Shown piece after piece: positions 1 through 8,036 of a DNA stretch of 32,821 nt. Source of the DNA: Fimbriiglobus sp. (GTDB lineage: Bacteria > Planctomycetota > Planctomycetia > Gemmatales > Gemmataceae). Location of the stretch: contig JANOSQ010000447.1 in NCBI GenBank assembly GCA_031415915.1, positions 1 to 32,821 of the forward strand. The letters run 5' to 3'. The translations under genes and the position numbers were made by a program. A model generated the notes under the pieces. That model saw only the letters and a list, made by a program, of their open reading frames with translations, did not search any database and was not told the origin of the DNA. Numbering within the stretch: the first letter of the stretch is position 1; every line of letters starts with the position of its first letter.

Positions 1-186
1 CGCGCCGTCGCCAGCGCCTGCGCCGCCAACCCGATCTCCGTGCTGGTGCCCTGTCACCGCGTGGTCGGCGCCGACGGCACCCTCCGCGGCTATCGCTGGG
101 GACTCGAACGCAAAGCCCGGCTGTTGGAACACGAGCGGCAAATCGTCCTCTCCAAACAGCGAGTCGGTATGTCCCGCTCGGCTTGA
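1..186 (+). CDS. methylated-DNA--protein-cysteine methyltransferase, C-terminal fragment (Ada/Ogt type); 5' end lies outside the window
   Basis: Frame 1 is open from the window edge and reads ...NPISVLVPCHRVVGADGTLRGYRWGLERKARLLEHE... to TGA at 184-186. PCHRV is the alkyl-acceptor cysteine motif of the MGMT family. The GYRWG..RK..LL tail resembles the E. coli Ada C-terminus. Confidence 0.85.
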   Translation, partial: RAVASACAANPISVLVPCHRVVGADGTLRGYRWGLERKARLLEHERQIVLSKQRVGMSRSA

Positions 187-226
187 CCACAGTTGAGAAC
201 GGATCTGGCACCTCCGGAGGGATTCC

Positions 227-1543
227 ATGGGCCGGCTTTGCTCCCTCATCATCGCGCTTCTCGCGATCCCTATTGCTCTCCGCGCCGCCGACGACGATCG
301 CCAAACCTGGGCCAAGAATCACCCCATCCCGATCAAGTCGATCGACCCCCACGAAACCGACTTCAACGACCTCGCCGGCTTCGGCAAAGCCATCAGCGAT
401 GCCCGCATCGTTTTCCTCGGCGAGCAGACCCACGGCGACGGGGCGACCTTCCTCGCCAAAACGCGGCTCATCAAGTACCTCCACGAGATCCACGGCTTCG
501 ACATCCTCGCCTTCGAGAGCGGGGTCATGGACTGCCAGAAGTCGTGGGCGCATTTTCAAAAACCCGACCACGTCCCACTGGAGAGCTTCGAGGTCGGCGT
601 CTTCCCGATCTGGGCCAAGAGCGAACAAGTCCAACCGTTGATCCGCTACCTCGCCAAGAGGGCGAAGACGAAGAAGCCGTTGGAACTCTGCGGCTTCGAT
701 TGCCAGATCACGGGCACCGGGCCGCGGAGCGAACTCTCGACCGACGTGGCCGGGATGCTCGGCCGCCTGCCGGAAAAAGCATTCTCGACTCGGGAGCAGA
801 AGGACATCTGCAACGCCTTCGACAAACTCACCGACGGCGCGCGAACACCCGGCCCGGAGGAACTCGAACTGTTCGCCAAGTTCCGGGACACTCTCGCGGC
901 CCTCCGCGCCGGGGACACCTTCAACGCCGAGGAACTGGAGCGGTGGAAAGTCTGGATCGAGAATTTGCAGGCGACCATCGACATGAAGAACGCGGATAAG
1001 GCCAAAGCGCCGGCGATCCGCGAAGCCCAGATGGCCAAGAACTTCCTCGCCTTGGCGACGGGGAAATACGCGAAGCGGAAAATCATCGTCTGGGCCGCGT
1101 CGTACCACCTCATGCGCCACCCGACCGTGATCGACACGCTCGTCCCTAAACCGGGCGGCGGCGTCAAGCGCGAGGCCACTTATCAGAACACCCTCGTGAT
1201 GGGTGAGGAGGTATACAAGAAGCTCGGCAAAGAGATTTACTCGCTCGGGTTCCTAGCGGCCGAAGGAGAATGGAAGCTGATGCAGACGAAGGAAGCGACG
1301 CCGGTGCCGGCACCGCGACCCGGCTCGCTCGACGATTTGTTGAACAACGCCGGCCACGCGAACGCGTTCGTCGATTTGAAAGGCTTGCCGAAGGATCACT
1401 GGCTCCGGACGAGCCGGGTCGTGGCCCGCCCCCTCGGCTACGCCGACATGGAAGCCCTCTGGCCGGAGGTGTTCGACGGGTTTCTTTTCACGAAGACGAT
1501 GACGCCGAGTGTGCAAATCGAGCTGATGAAGGACGACGAGTGA
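227..1543 (+). CDS. erythromycin esterase family protein, probably exported
   Basis: 438-aa ORF with GGAGG 6 nt upstream of the ATG. The N-terminus is hydrophobic and signal-like (LCSLIIALLAIPIALRAA). IVFLGEQTHGDGATF...GFDILAFESG matches the LGE.tHG / EFy core of the Ere family. GC3 is high. Confidence 0.75.
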   Translation: MGRLCSLIIALLAIPIALRAADDDRQTWAKNHPIPIKSIDPHETDFNDLAGFGKAISDARIVFLGEQTHGDGATFLAKTRLIKYLHEIHGFDILAFESGVMDCQKSWAHFQKPDHVPLESFEVGVFPIWAKSEQVQPLIRYLAKRAKTKKPLELCGFDCQITGTGPRSELSTDVAGMLGRLPEKAFSTREQKDICNAFDKLTDGARTPGPEELELFAKFRDTLAALRAGDTFNAEELERWKVWIENLQATIDMKNADKAKAPAIREAQMAKNFLALATGKYAKRKIIVWAASYHLMRHPTVIDTLVPKPGGGVKREATYQNTLVMGEEVYKKLGKEIYSLGFLAAEGEWKLMQTKEATPVPAPRPGSLDDLLNNAGHANAFVDLKGLPKDHWLRTSRVVARPLGYADMEALWPEVFDGFLFTKTMTPSVQIELMKDDE

Positions 1544-1643
1544 CCGGTTGCGGACGAAGGCCGCTCCAGTTTCGCGGGCTTCACTCTTTCTCGGTGCGTT
1601 CCGTCGCTCGCGCTTCCGGCTCGTCGGAATTTATTCGATTCAC

Positions 1644-1672
1644 TTGACAAGCATCAAACTGAAGTGTATATA
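1644..1672 (+). promoter_or_regulatory. near-consensus sigma70-type promoter, TTGACA-N17-TATATA
   Basis: TTGACA at 1644-1649, an exact 17-nt spacer, then TATATA at 1667-1672. It lies inside a short AT-rich islet about 105 nt upstream of the ATG at 1777. Confidence 0.5.
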
Positions 1673-1776
1673 TACTACTGAACTCAACTATACTATCATC
1701 GTGGATGGTGCCCTTGACGGCGAATCGTCCGCCGGGCATACCTCCGGTCCAACGAGTGACTTTGCAGGAGACGATC

Positions 1777-2265
1777 ATGCGCGCAGTCCTGGCATCGGCG
1801 GTGGTGGCGTTTTTGGCGGCGACGGCCAGTTGCCAAGAGGTCGCGGTGAAGGGGGCGGCGCCCGCGGTGGCCAACGATACGCAACCGTTCACCGGCGTCT
1901 GGGTTCCGCAGTCGTCCGTCGTCAACGGCAAGGAGCAGCTCCCGGATAAAGCGTCGCGGGACATGATCCGACTGAGCATCGAGCACGGCGAATACAAGCT
2001 CTACTACCTCACCGACCCCGTGAAGCTCGAAGGCCGGCGGCTCGCCGTGGCCGACTTCACCATCGACGAAAAAGCCGGCACGTTCGAGTTGAAATTCAAG
2101 GAGGGGATCAAGAAAGACACCAAGATCCACGGCATCTACGAACTGGGCAAAACGACGCTGAAACTCTGCTACTGCCCGTCGGACAAACCGCGGCCGACGA
2201 AGTTCGAAGCCCCCGCCGGCAGCGATGCCTTCTGCGACCTTTACGAACTCAACAAGAAGAAATAA
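1777..2265 (+). CDS. TIGR03067 (Planctomycetes-specific lipocalin-like) domain protein, exported
   Basis: The start is placed at MRAVLASAVVAFLAATASCQE (signal peptide), with AGGAG 8-9 nt upstream. FTGVWVP..VVNGKE, IHGIYELGKTTLKLCY and RPTKFEAPAGS...LYELNKK match the TIGR03067 pattern. The ORF itself opens at 1705. Confidence 0.8.
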   Translation: MRAVLASAVVAFLAATASCQEVAVKGAAPAVANDTQPFTGVWVPQSSVVNGKEQLPDKASRDMIRLSIEHGEYKLYYLTDPVKLEGRRLAVADFTIDEKAGTFELKFKEGIKKDTKIHGIYELGKTTLKLCYCPSDKPRPTKFEAPAGSDAFCDLYELNKKK

Positions 2266-2361
2266 GCCGGCCGGCGCCTACTCTAAACCGAGCGAACTCC
2301 GCCCCGCGCGACCTTGTCCCGTGGGGTATCTGTTTTTCCGGCACCGGCTTCGATCGACACC

Positions 2362-4266
2362 ATGGACGCGCACACCCTCGACCTGTTGGAATTCGATAAA
2401 GTCCGCGAGATCGTTTCGGGCTACGCCGCGTCGCCACTCGGCCGCGAACTCGCCCGGCAAATCGAACCTTTCGCGAACCTCGAAGCGGTCCGCGCGGAAA
2501 TTGCTCTCGTCTCCGAGATGGTGTTGTCGCTCGAACTCGAACAGCCGCCCCCGCTGGGCGGCCTGCACGACATCCGATTGGTCGTCCGCCGGGCCGCCAT
2601 CGGCACGATGCTCGGGGCCGAACAGTTGCTCGAAGTCTCCGAGACGCTCGCCTGCACCGGCGCCATCTACCGCTATCGGATGCGGCTCGACGAACGCGTC
2701 GACGGCCTCATCAACCTGCTAACCGGTATCGAAGATCTCGGCCCGGTCGCCCGCACCATCGGCGGCTGCATCGACGGTCGCGGCCACGTGCTCGACATCG
2801 CCAGCCGGGAGCTCGCCGCCGTGCGCCAGAAGCTCTTCGAACTCGACGAGAAGGTGAAGTCCGAGATCAAACGATTGCTCCGCGATCCCGAACTGCGGAA
2901 GGCGCTCAGCTACGCGAACGCCACCATGAACGGCGACCATTACGTCCTCCCCGTGCTGGTGAATCACCGGCACAAAGTCCCCGGCACGGTCCACCGCGTC
3001 AGCAGCACGGGCGAGACGGTCTTCGTCGAACCGGCGTCGATCGCGAATTTGAGCGCCGAACGGATCACGCTGAAGGGGGAAGAGGACCGCGAGGTCAAGC
3101 GCATCCTCCGGCGGTTGAGCGCCGAAGTCGGCCGGGTGGCGAAGCCGCTGATCTACGCCCTCGACGTGATCGCGAAGCTCGACTTCATCACGGCGAAGGC
3201 CCGGCACAGCCGCGAATTCCACATGACCGCGGCCGAGGTGAACGGCGAGGGAAAACTCTGGCTGCGGGCCGCTCGGCACCCCATCCTCGAGAATTTGTTC
3301 CGGATCGAAGCGAAGACGAACCCGGAGCCGCGGACGGTGGTGCCCATCGACGTCCGGCTCGGCCTCGGTTTCAACTTGCTCATCATCACCGGGCCGAACA
3401 CCGGCGGGAAAACGGTGACGCTCAAGACCACGGGCCTCTTGTCGATGATGGCCCTCAGCGGAATGCACATCCCCGCGGAGGCCGGGAGCACGGTGCCGTT
3501 GTTCGATGACATTTTCGCCGACATCGGCGACGAGCAGAGCTTGGAGCAATCGCTGAGCACGTTCAGCTCGCACATCTCGCGGATCGCGGCGATCCTGTCG
3601 AAGGCCGGGGATCGCAGCCTGATCCTCTTCGACGAACTCGGGGCCGGAACCGATCCGACGGAGGGCGCCGCGCTCGGGCGGGCCATCCTCGACGAACTCG
3701 ATACCCTCGGTTGCCGGGCGATCGTGACGACTCACTTGGGCGACTTGAAGACGTACGCCTTCCACAACGAGCGGGCCGAGAATGGGGCGGTGGAATTCAG
3801 CATCGAAACGCTGAGGCCGACATACCGCTTGTTGATCGGCCAGTTCGGCATGAGCAACGCCTTGCAAATCGCCAAGCGGTTGAAGTTGCCGAGGGAGTTG
3901 CTGAAGCGGGCCCGCCGTTACCTGCGACGGAAGCAGGGGAAAACCGGCGACCTCGCGGGGTTGCAGCAACTTCGGCAGGAAGCCGAGACGGCCCGCGTGG
4001 ATGCGCTGGCGGCGCAGCACGAAGCGACGCAGCAGAAGGCCGAGTACGAGTTGAAGGTCGCGGAGTTGGTGGCCGAGGCGACCGAGCAAGCCGACTTGTT
4101 GAAGATGCGGCAGGGGTTGCAACCGAATACGATTGTCCGCGTCAGCCGTTTCGACAAGACCGGCCGTGTGGTGAAGGTCGATGCGAAGAAGCGACTCGTG
4201 ACCGTGAGCTTGGGGCTCGGTCAGTGGGAAGTGCCGTTCGACGAAATCTTCCCCTCCGAAGGTTGA
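2362..4266 (+). CDS. mutS2: endonuclease MutS2-family ATPase (MutS domain V), without a C-terminal Smr domain
   Basis: The start MDAHTLDLLEFDKVREIVSGYA is a typical MutS2 N-terminus. Walker A is ITGPNTGGKTVTLK and Walker B is LILFDELGAGTDPTEGAALG, followed by TTH. A coiled-coil region and a KOW-like tail (IVRVSRFDKTGRVVKVDAKKRLVTVSLG) follow. The ORF ends about 30 aa after the KOW-like segment. The ORF opens at 2314. Confidence 0.88.
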   Translation: MDAHTLDLLEFDKVREIVSGYAASPLGRELARQIEPFANLEAVRAEIALVSEMVLSLELEQPPPLGGLHDIRLVVRRAAIGTMLGAEQLLEVSETLACTGAIYRYRMRLDERVDGLINLLTGIEDLGPVARTIGGCIDGRGHVLDIASRELAAVRQKLFELDEKVKSEIKRLLRDPELRKALSYANATMNGDHYVLPVLVNHRHKVPGTVHRVSSTGETVFVEPASIANLSAERITLKGEEDREVKRILRRLSAEVGRVAKPLIYALDVIAKLDFITAKARHSREFHMTAAEVNGEGKLWLRAARHPILENLFRIEAKTNPEPRTVVPIDVRLGLGFNLLIITGPNTGGKTVTLKTTGLLSMMALSGMHIPAEAGSTVPLFDDIFADIGDEQSLEQSLSTFSSHISRIAAILSKAGDRSLILFDELGAGTDPTEGAALGRAILDELDTLGCRAIVTTHLGDLKTYAFHNERAENGAVEFSIETLRPTYRLLIGQFGMSNALQIAKRLKLPRELLKRARRYLRRKQGKTGDLAGLQQLRQEAETARVDALAAQHEATQQKAEYELKVAELVAEATEQADLLKMRQGLQPNTIVRVSRFDKTGRVVKVDAKKRLVTVSLGLGQWEVPFDEIFPSEG

Positions 4267-4874
4267 ACGCCGAGCCACTCGGGCTTCCCCTTGGCGAGCA
4301 CCTTCATGGCGAACCCGACGCCGACCCCTTCCACGGCGATGACCGGGATGTGGGCCACCAAACTGGTCGCGGCCAAGGCGGCCCAGTCGCCGCGGCCGAA
4401 AAAGAATAGAACCGAGACGTGGAGCAATACGGTGAGGCCCGCGCAGAACACGCCGAGCCCGAGGCCCAGTCCGAACCCCGGTCGGAGCCACCGGCGAACG
4501 ACGCAGAACAGCCAACCCGCGAGCCAGGCCGGGATCGCCAACACGCAGAAGTTGACGCCCAACGCGTCCGGCCCGCCGTGGCCGAAGAGCAAGCATTGCA
4601 TCGCGAGGCCGACGGCGATCGCGATCGACGCCCGCCGGCGCAGGATGATGCCGACCAACCCGTTCAACAGCAAATGGACGCTGATGACCAAGACGGGGAG
4701 ATGGAACGACGAAGCGACGAAGAAAGCCGCGGTGAGGACGCCGATCCGCGGGATCTCGCGCTCGTCGAGCCTCCAGAGTGCTAAGGCGACAGCGGCGGCC
4801 ATGGCGACGAAGCCGACCGCCTGCCACTGGGGTTCGAGGATGCCGGACGAAATGTGGACGGCCAGCGGGAGCAT
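4221..4874 (-). CDS. CbiM/NikM-family energy-coupling-factor transporter membrane component (orphan)
   Basis: 217-aa polytopic membrane ORF. VHISSGIL...IGVLTAAFFVASSFHLPV...HLLLNGLVGI...FGHGG..ALG.N resembles the CbiM MHI.DG / H...G family pattern. Its 3' end overlaps mutS2 by 46 nt. Confidence 0.65.
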   Translation of the reverse strand: MLPLAVHISSGILEPQWQAVGFVAMAAAVALALWRLDEREIPRIGVLTAAFFVASSFHLPVLVISVHLLLNGLVGIILRRRASIAIAVGLAMQCLLFGHGGPDALGVNFCVLAIPAWLAGWLFCVVRRWLRPGFGLGLGLGVFCAGLTVLLHVSVLFFFGRGDWAALAATSLVAHIPVIAVEGVGVGFAMKVLAKGKPEWLGVQPSEGKISSNGTSH

Positions 4875-4980
4875 TCGGGTCGCAGTGGGGTGGGGCCGGG
4901 TTCGACACTAAAATGCTACGGAACTTCGACCGGTCGGCGCGAGTGCGTCGCGGTCGGTTCCTCCGAGTGAAGGACGAACA

Positions 4981-5361
4981 ATGGGGCTATCGCGAACCGT
5001 GATGTTTCCGAGCGATGCCCGGCCGACGTGGGTGTCGGTTCGCGCGGCCCTCGTCTCGCTCGGGGAAACGCCGGTCGTGCGAATGATCGACAATCTCCCG
5101 GCATTCCCCGATGAGATCCCTGAACCGGGCTGGGCCGAACTGCGTGTCTCCCTCGCCGGCGGAATGGTAACGCTGCGGGCTGCGGCCGGGGGTTGGCTCG
5201 TCTCGATTTGGGGCAACGCCGACGCCGGCTTGCTGAGGTCGTGGTCGGCCGCATGCTGGGCGATCGCCGCGGCGGGGCAGGGGAGCGTGATCCTCGAAGA
5301 TGGCACCACGAAGTCGGTCGAGGAATTCCGACGCGGATCTCCGGACTCCTTCCCAGCTTGA
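4981..5361 (+). CDS. hypothetical protein (126 aa)
   Basis: ATG-initiated ORF with strongly GC-biased third positions like the neighbouring genes. No motif I recognise. It is divergent from the CbiM-like gene. Confidence 0.55.
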   Translation: MGLSRTVMFPSDARPTWVSVRAALVSLGETPVVRMIDNLPAFPDEIPEPGWAELRVSLAGGMVTLRAAAGGWLVSIWGNADAGLLRSWSAACWAIAAAGQGSVILEDGTTKSVEEFRRGSPDSFPA

Positions 5362-5428
5362 CAGGCTTCGCCCACCCGCGTATCCCGTGCCCACGATCCC
5401 CCACACCGCGCCGAGCGAGACTGCGCCC

Positions 5429-6577
5429 ATGACGAACGCCCCCGTGCACCTGTGCGATATCCTCGGGCAATACCGACTGCTACAGCCCGATATCGACGCC
5501 GCCGTGCTCCGCGTGTTGGGGTCGGGTCAAGCGATCCTCGGGCCGGAAGTGTCGGCTTTCGAGAAGGAGTACGCCGAGTACTGCGGGGCGAAGCACGCCC
5601 TCGGCTGCGGCTCGGGAACCGATGCTTTACTCCTGGCGCTACATGCCCTCGACATCGGCCCCGGCGACGAGGTTATCCTGCCGCCGTTCACCTTCTTCGC
5701 CACGGTCGGTTCGGTGATGCGCGTCGGGGCGAAACCGGTGTTCGTGGACATCGACCCGCTCAGTTACAACATCGACCCGAAGCTGATTGAAGCCGCGATC
5801 ACCCCGCGGACGAAAGCAATCATGCCGGTGCACCTGTACGGCCAGTGCGCCGACATGGCCCCGATTGCCCGGATCGCGAAGGAGCACAACCTCCACGTCA
5901 TCGAGGATGCGGCGCAATCGTTCGGGGCCAGCTACGAAGGGGTGAAGTGCGGTGGCCTCGGCGTCATCAGCTGCTTCAGCTTCTACCCGAGCAAGAACAT
6001 CGGCACCCTCGGCGACGCGGGGATGGTGACGACGAACGACGAAGCGCTGCACAAAAAGATGGCCGCCCTGCGGAACCACGGCAGCGAGGTGAAATACTTC
6101 CACAAATACGTCGGGTGGAACGCCCGCATCGACGCGATCCACGCGGCGATCCTGCGCGTGAAGCTCCCTTACGCCGAGGAGTGGATCGAAGGCCGTCGCG
6201 CCGCCGCCGCGCGGTACGATGCCCTCATCGAGGGGCAGCATCTGCACGGATTCTTCCAGCGCCCGGTGGTCGAACCGCACGGCCGACACAGCTTCAACCA
6301 GTACGTCGTCCGCGTCCCCGCCGGGCACCGCGACCCCGTGGTGAAGCACCTGAAAAGCGAGAACGTCGGTTGCGAGGTTTACTATCCGCTCTGCCTGCAC
6401 ATGCAGGAATGCGTCGCGCACCTCGGGCACGGCGAAGGCGACTTCCCCGTGAGCGAGGAGGCGTCGAAGGCGGTTTTGGCGTTGCCGATGTTCCCCGAGA
6501 TCACCGAAGTCCAGCAGCGCCGGGTGGTCGATGTCTGCGCGGCCTACGTGCGCCAGAGCCTGCGCCTGGTGGCGTAG
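5429..6577 (+). CDS. DegT/DnrJ/EryC1/StrS family PLP-dependent sugar aminotransferase
   Basis: The start is placed at MTNAPVHLCDILGQY. GPEVSAFEKEYAEYCGAKHALGCGSGTDALLLAL, IMPVHLYGQ and FSFYPSKNIGTLGDAGMVTTND (Schiff-base Lys) are family hallmarks. The ORF opens at 5300. Confidence 0.9.
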   Translation: MTNAPVHLCDILGQYRLLQPDIDAAVLRVLGSGQAILGPEVSAFEKEYAEYCGAKHALGCGSGTDALLLALHALDIGPGDEVILPPFTFFATVGSVMRVGAKPVFVDIDPLSYNIDPKLIEAAITPRTKAIMPVHLYGQCADMAPIARIAKEHNLHVIEDAAQSFGASYEGVKCGGLGVISCFSFYPSKNIGTLGDAGMVTTNDEALHKKMAALRNHGSEVKYFHKYVGWNARIDAIHAAILRVKLPYAEEWIEGRRAAAARYDALIEGQHLHGFFQRPVVEPHGRHSFNQYVVRVPAGHRDPVVKHLKSENVGCEVYYPLCLHMQECVAHLGHGEGDFPVSEEASKAVLALPMFPEITEVQQRRVVDVCAAYVRQSLRLVA

Positions 6578-6601
6578 CGACCGGCGCGGTACGATGCCGG
6601 A

Positions 6602-7810
6602 ATGCCGACGAGCGACGAAGAACGGGCGTTCCTCGGGCCGATCCTCGCCGACTTCGGCGGCGATGGCCCTAGGCTGATCTACGCCGATTACCTCGATGAA
6701 TCCGCGCAACCCTCGGACATCGCCCGGGCGGAATTCATCCGCATCCAAGTCGCACTCGCCTGCCTCGACGACGAACACCCGATCCGCCGGCAACTGGTTC
6801 GCCGGCAGAACGAATTCCTGACCCGCTGGCAAGCCGAATGGACGCGGCCCTTGCGCGGGTTGGTCTCCGGGTGCGAATTCCGCCGGGGGTTGCTCGATAC
6901 CGTTTCGGTCGACGCACGCTACTTCTGCGAACAAGGTGAGCGCCTTTTCCGCGACTCCGCCATCCGGCGCGTGAAATTCCTCGATGCCGGGGCGGTGATC
7001 GACCGTCTCGCGCAATGCCGGGCGTTGGCGAACATTCGCGAACTCGACCTCTGCGGCAACGACCTCGGCAACGGCGGCGTCAACGTGCTGCTCCGCTCGC
7101 CGCACCTCGCCCAACTCGTTTCGCTCGACCTGAGCTTCAACGGCCTCGGCGACAACGCGGCATTCCAGATCGCCGACGCGCGGGCCTTCTCCGGACTGCA
7201 CTCGCTCCAATTGAACGACAACCGAACCATCGGATGCGCCGCGTTCGCGGCGCTGGCGCGGTCGAACGCCGGCGACCGACTGCGGGCGTTGGACGTGTCC
7301 GGCAACGACCTCTCCGATGCCGGGATGATGGCCGCCTGCGAACGCGGGGCATTCCCCCGTTTGAATCGGCTCCGACTCCACGCCAACCGGATCGGCGATG
7401 ACGGCGTGGCCTCGCTGTCCGGATCGGAACTGCTCGCGCGGATGCTGAAACGCGGCGGCACGCTCGATCTGCGCGAGAACAGCATCGGGCCCGGTGGCGC
7501 CCGAGCGCTGGCCAACGCCCCGTCGATGGCCTCGGCGCGGTCATTGGATCTCGGTGGGAATCAACTCCGCGACGACGGGGTGCTCACCCTCGCCGAAGCG
7601 GAATTCCTCACGGGCCTTCGCAAACTCTCGTTGAGGCAGAACCGCATCGGCGACCCCGGCGCCCGCCACTTGGCATACTCCGAGTTGATGGGCCGGCTCG
7701 ACTCCGTCGATCTTTCGTTCAACCGCATCGCACCGCGTACCGTCGAGTTGCTCTGGGCGAAGCGAAAAGATTACCGAACGACCTTGGACTGCCTCGGCCA
7801 ATTCGGGTAG
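6602..7810 (+). CDS. TIGR02996 N-terminal domain protein with RNI-type leucine-rich repeats
   Basis: N-terminus EERAFLGPILADFGGDGPRLIYADYLDESAQPSDIARAEFIRIQ is the Gemmata-type TIGR02996 repeat-companion domain. It is followed by about 9 units of roughly 28 aa, L..LdLs.N.lgd.G..aLa (ribonuclease-inhibitor-like LRR). Confidence 0.85.
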   Translation: MPTSDEERAFLGPILADFGGDGPRLIYADYLDESAQPSDIARAEFIRIQVALACLDDEHPIRRQLVRRQNEFLTRWQAEWTRPLRGLVSGCEFRRGLLDTVSVDARYFCEQGERLFRDSAIRRVKFLDAGAVIDRLAQCRALANIRELDLCGNDLGNGGVNVLLRSPHLAQLVSLDLSFNGLGDNAAFQIADARAFSGLHSLQLNDNRTIGCAAFAALARSNAGDRLRALDVSGNDLSDAGMMAACERGAFPRLNRLRLHANRIGDDGVASLSGSELLARMLKRGGTLDLRENSIGPGGARALANAPSMASARSLDLGGNQLRDDGVLTLAEAEFLTGLRKLSLRQNRIGDPGARHLAYSELMGRLDSVDLSFNRIAPRTVELLWAKRKDYRTTLDCLGQFG

Positions 7811-7831
7811 TCGCCCCGTGTATCGCAGCGA

Positions 7832-7925
7832 TTCTTCTGGAACCACAAGCGTCAGCGCGTGGGTCAGGCAAGTAGGGTCGTTTCCCGGCCTCACCCACGC
7901 GCTGACGCTTGTGGTTCCAGAAGAA
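7832..7925. repeat. perfect 33-bp inverted repeat with a 28-nt spacer (hairpin-forming palindromic element)
   Basis: Checked base by base: 7832-7864 (ttcttctggaaccacaagcgtcagcgcgtgggt) is the exact reverse complement of 7893-7925. The spacer can add aggc/gcct and ggg/ccc pairs. It is intergenic, 22 nt after the LRR gene stop. Confidence 0.95.
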
Positions 7926-7976
7926 ATCGGAAGTGTTGCCAAAATTGAGGGGGCATTCTTCTCGTGGCCATCGCAC

Positions 7977-8005
7977 TTGTTTTCGCCCGCGGCCGCGCTC
8001 ATAAT
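7977..8005 (+). promoter_or_regulatory. possible sigma70-type promoter, TTGTTT-N17-CATAAT
   Basis: The two hexamers are separated by exactly 17 nt, about 30 nt upstream of the ATG at 8037. The -35 match is weak. Confidence 0.3.
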
Positions 8006-8036
8006 CTCGCCAACCCCGAACCGATGAGCCTCCGAC

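Noticed and set aside
2266-2275. Self-complementary gccggccggc just after the TIGR03067 gene stop
   Set aside because: A 10-bp GC palindrome is expected by chance in DNA of this composition. No U-tract or extended stem supports a terminator.
2719-4908. 729-aa minus-strand ORF spanning mutS2 and the CbiM-like gene
   Set aside because: It is antisense to mutS2 and out of frame with the CbiM-like gene. The composition is Arg/Pro/Gly-dominated with no recognisable domain.
4875-4980. Possible cobalamin or NiCo riboswitch in the leader of the CbiM-like gene
   Set aside because: Read on the minus strand, the 106-nt region lacks a B12-box (AGYCMGG.G.CCKGCC-like) or other conserved riboswitch cores I know, and it is short for a cobalamin element. 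Only a covariance-model scan could settle this.
5639-7381. 580-aa minus-strand ORF opposite the DegT and LRR genes
   Set aside because: It crosses an intergenic gap between two well-supported plus-strand genes, and its composition is typical of shadow ORFs.
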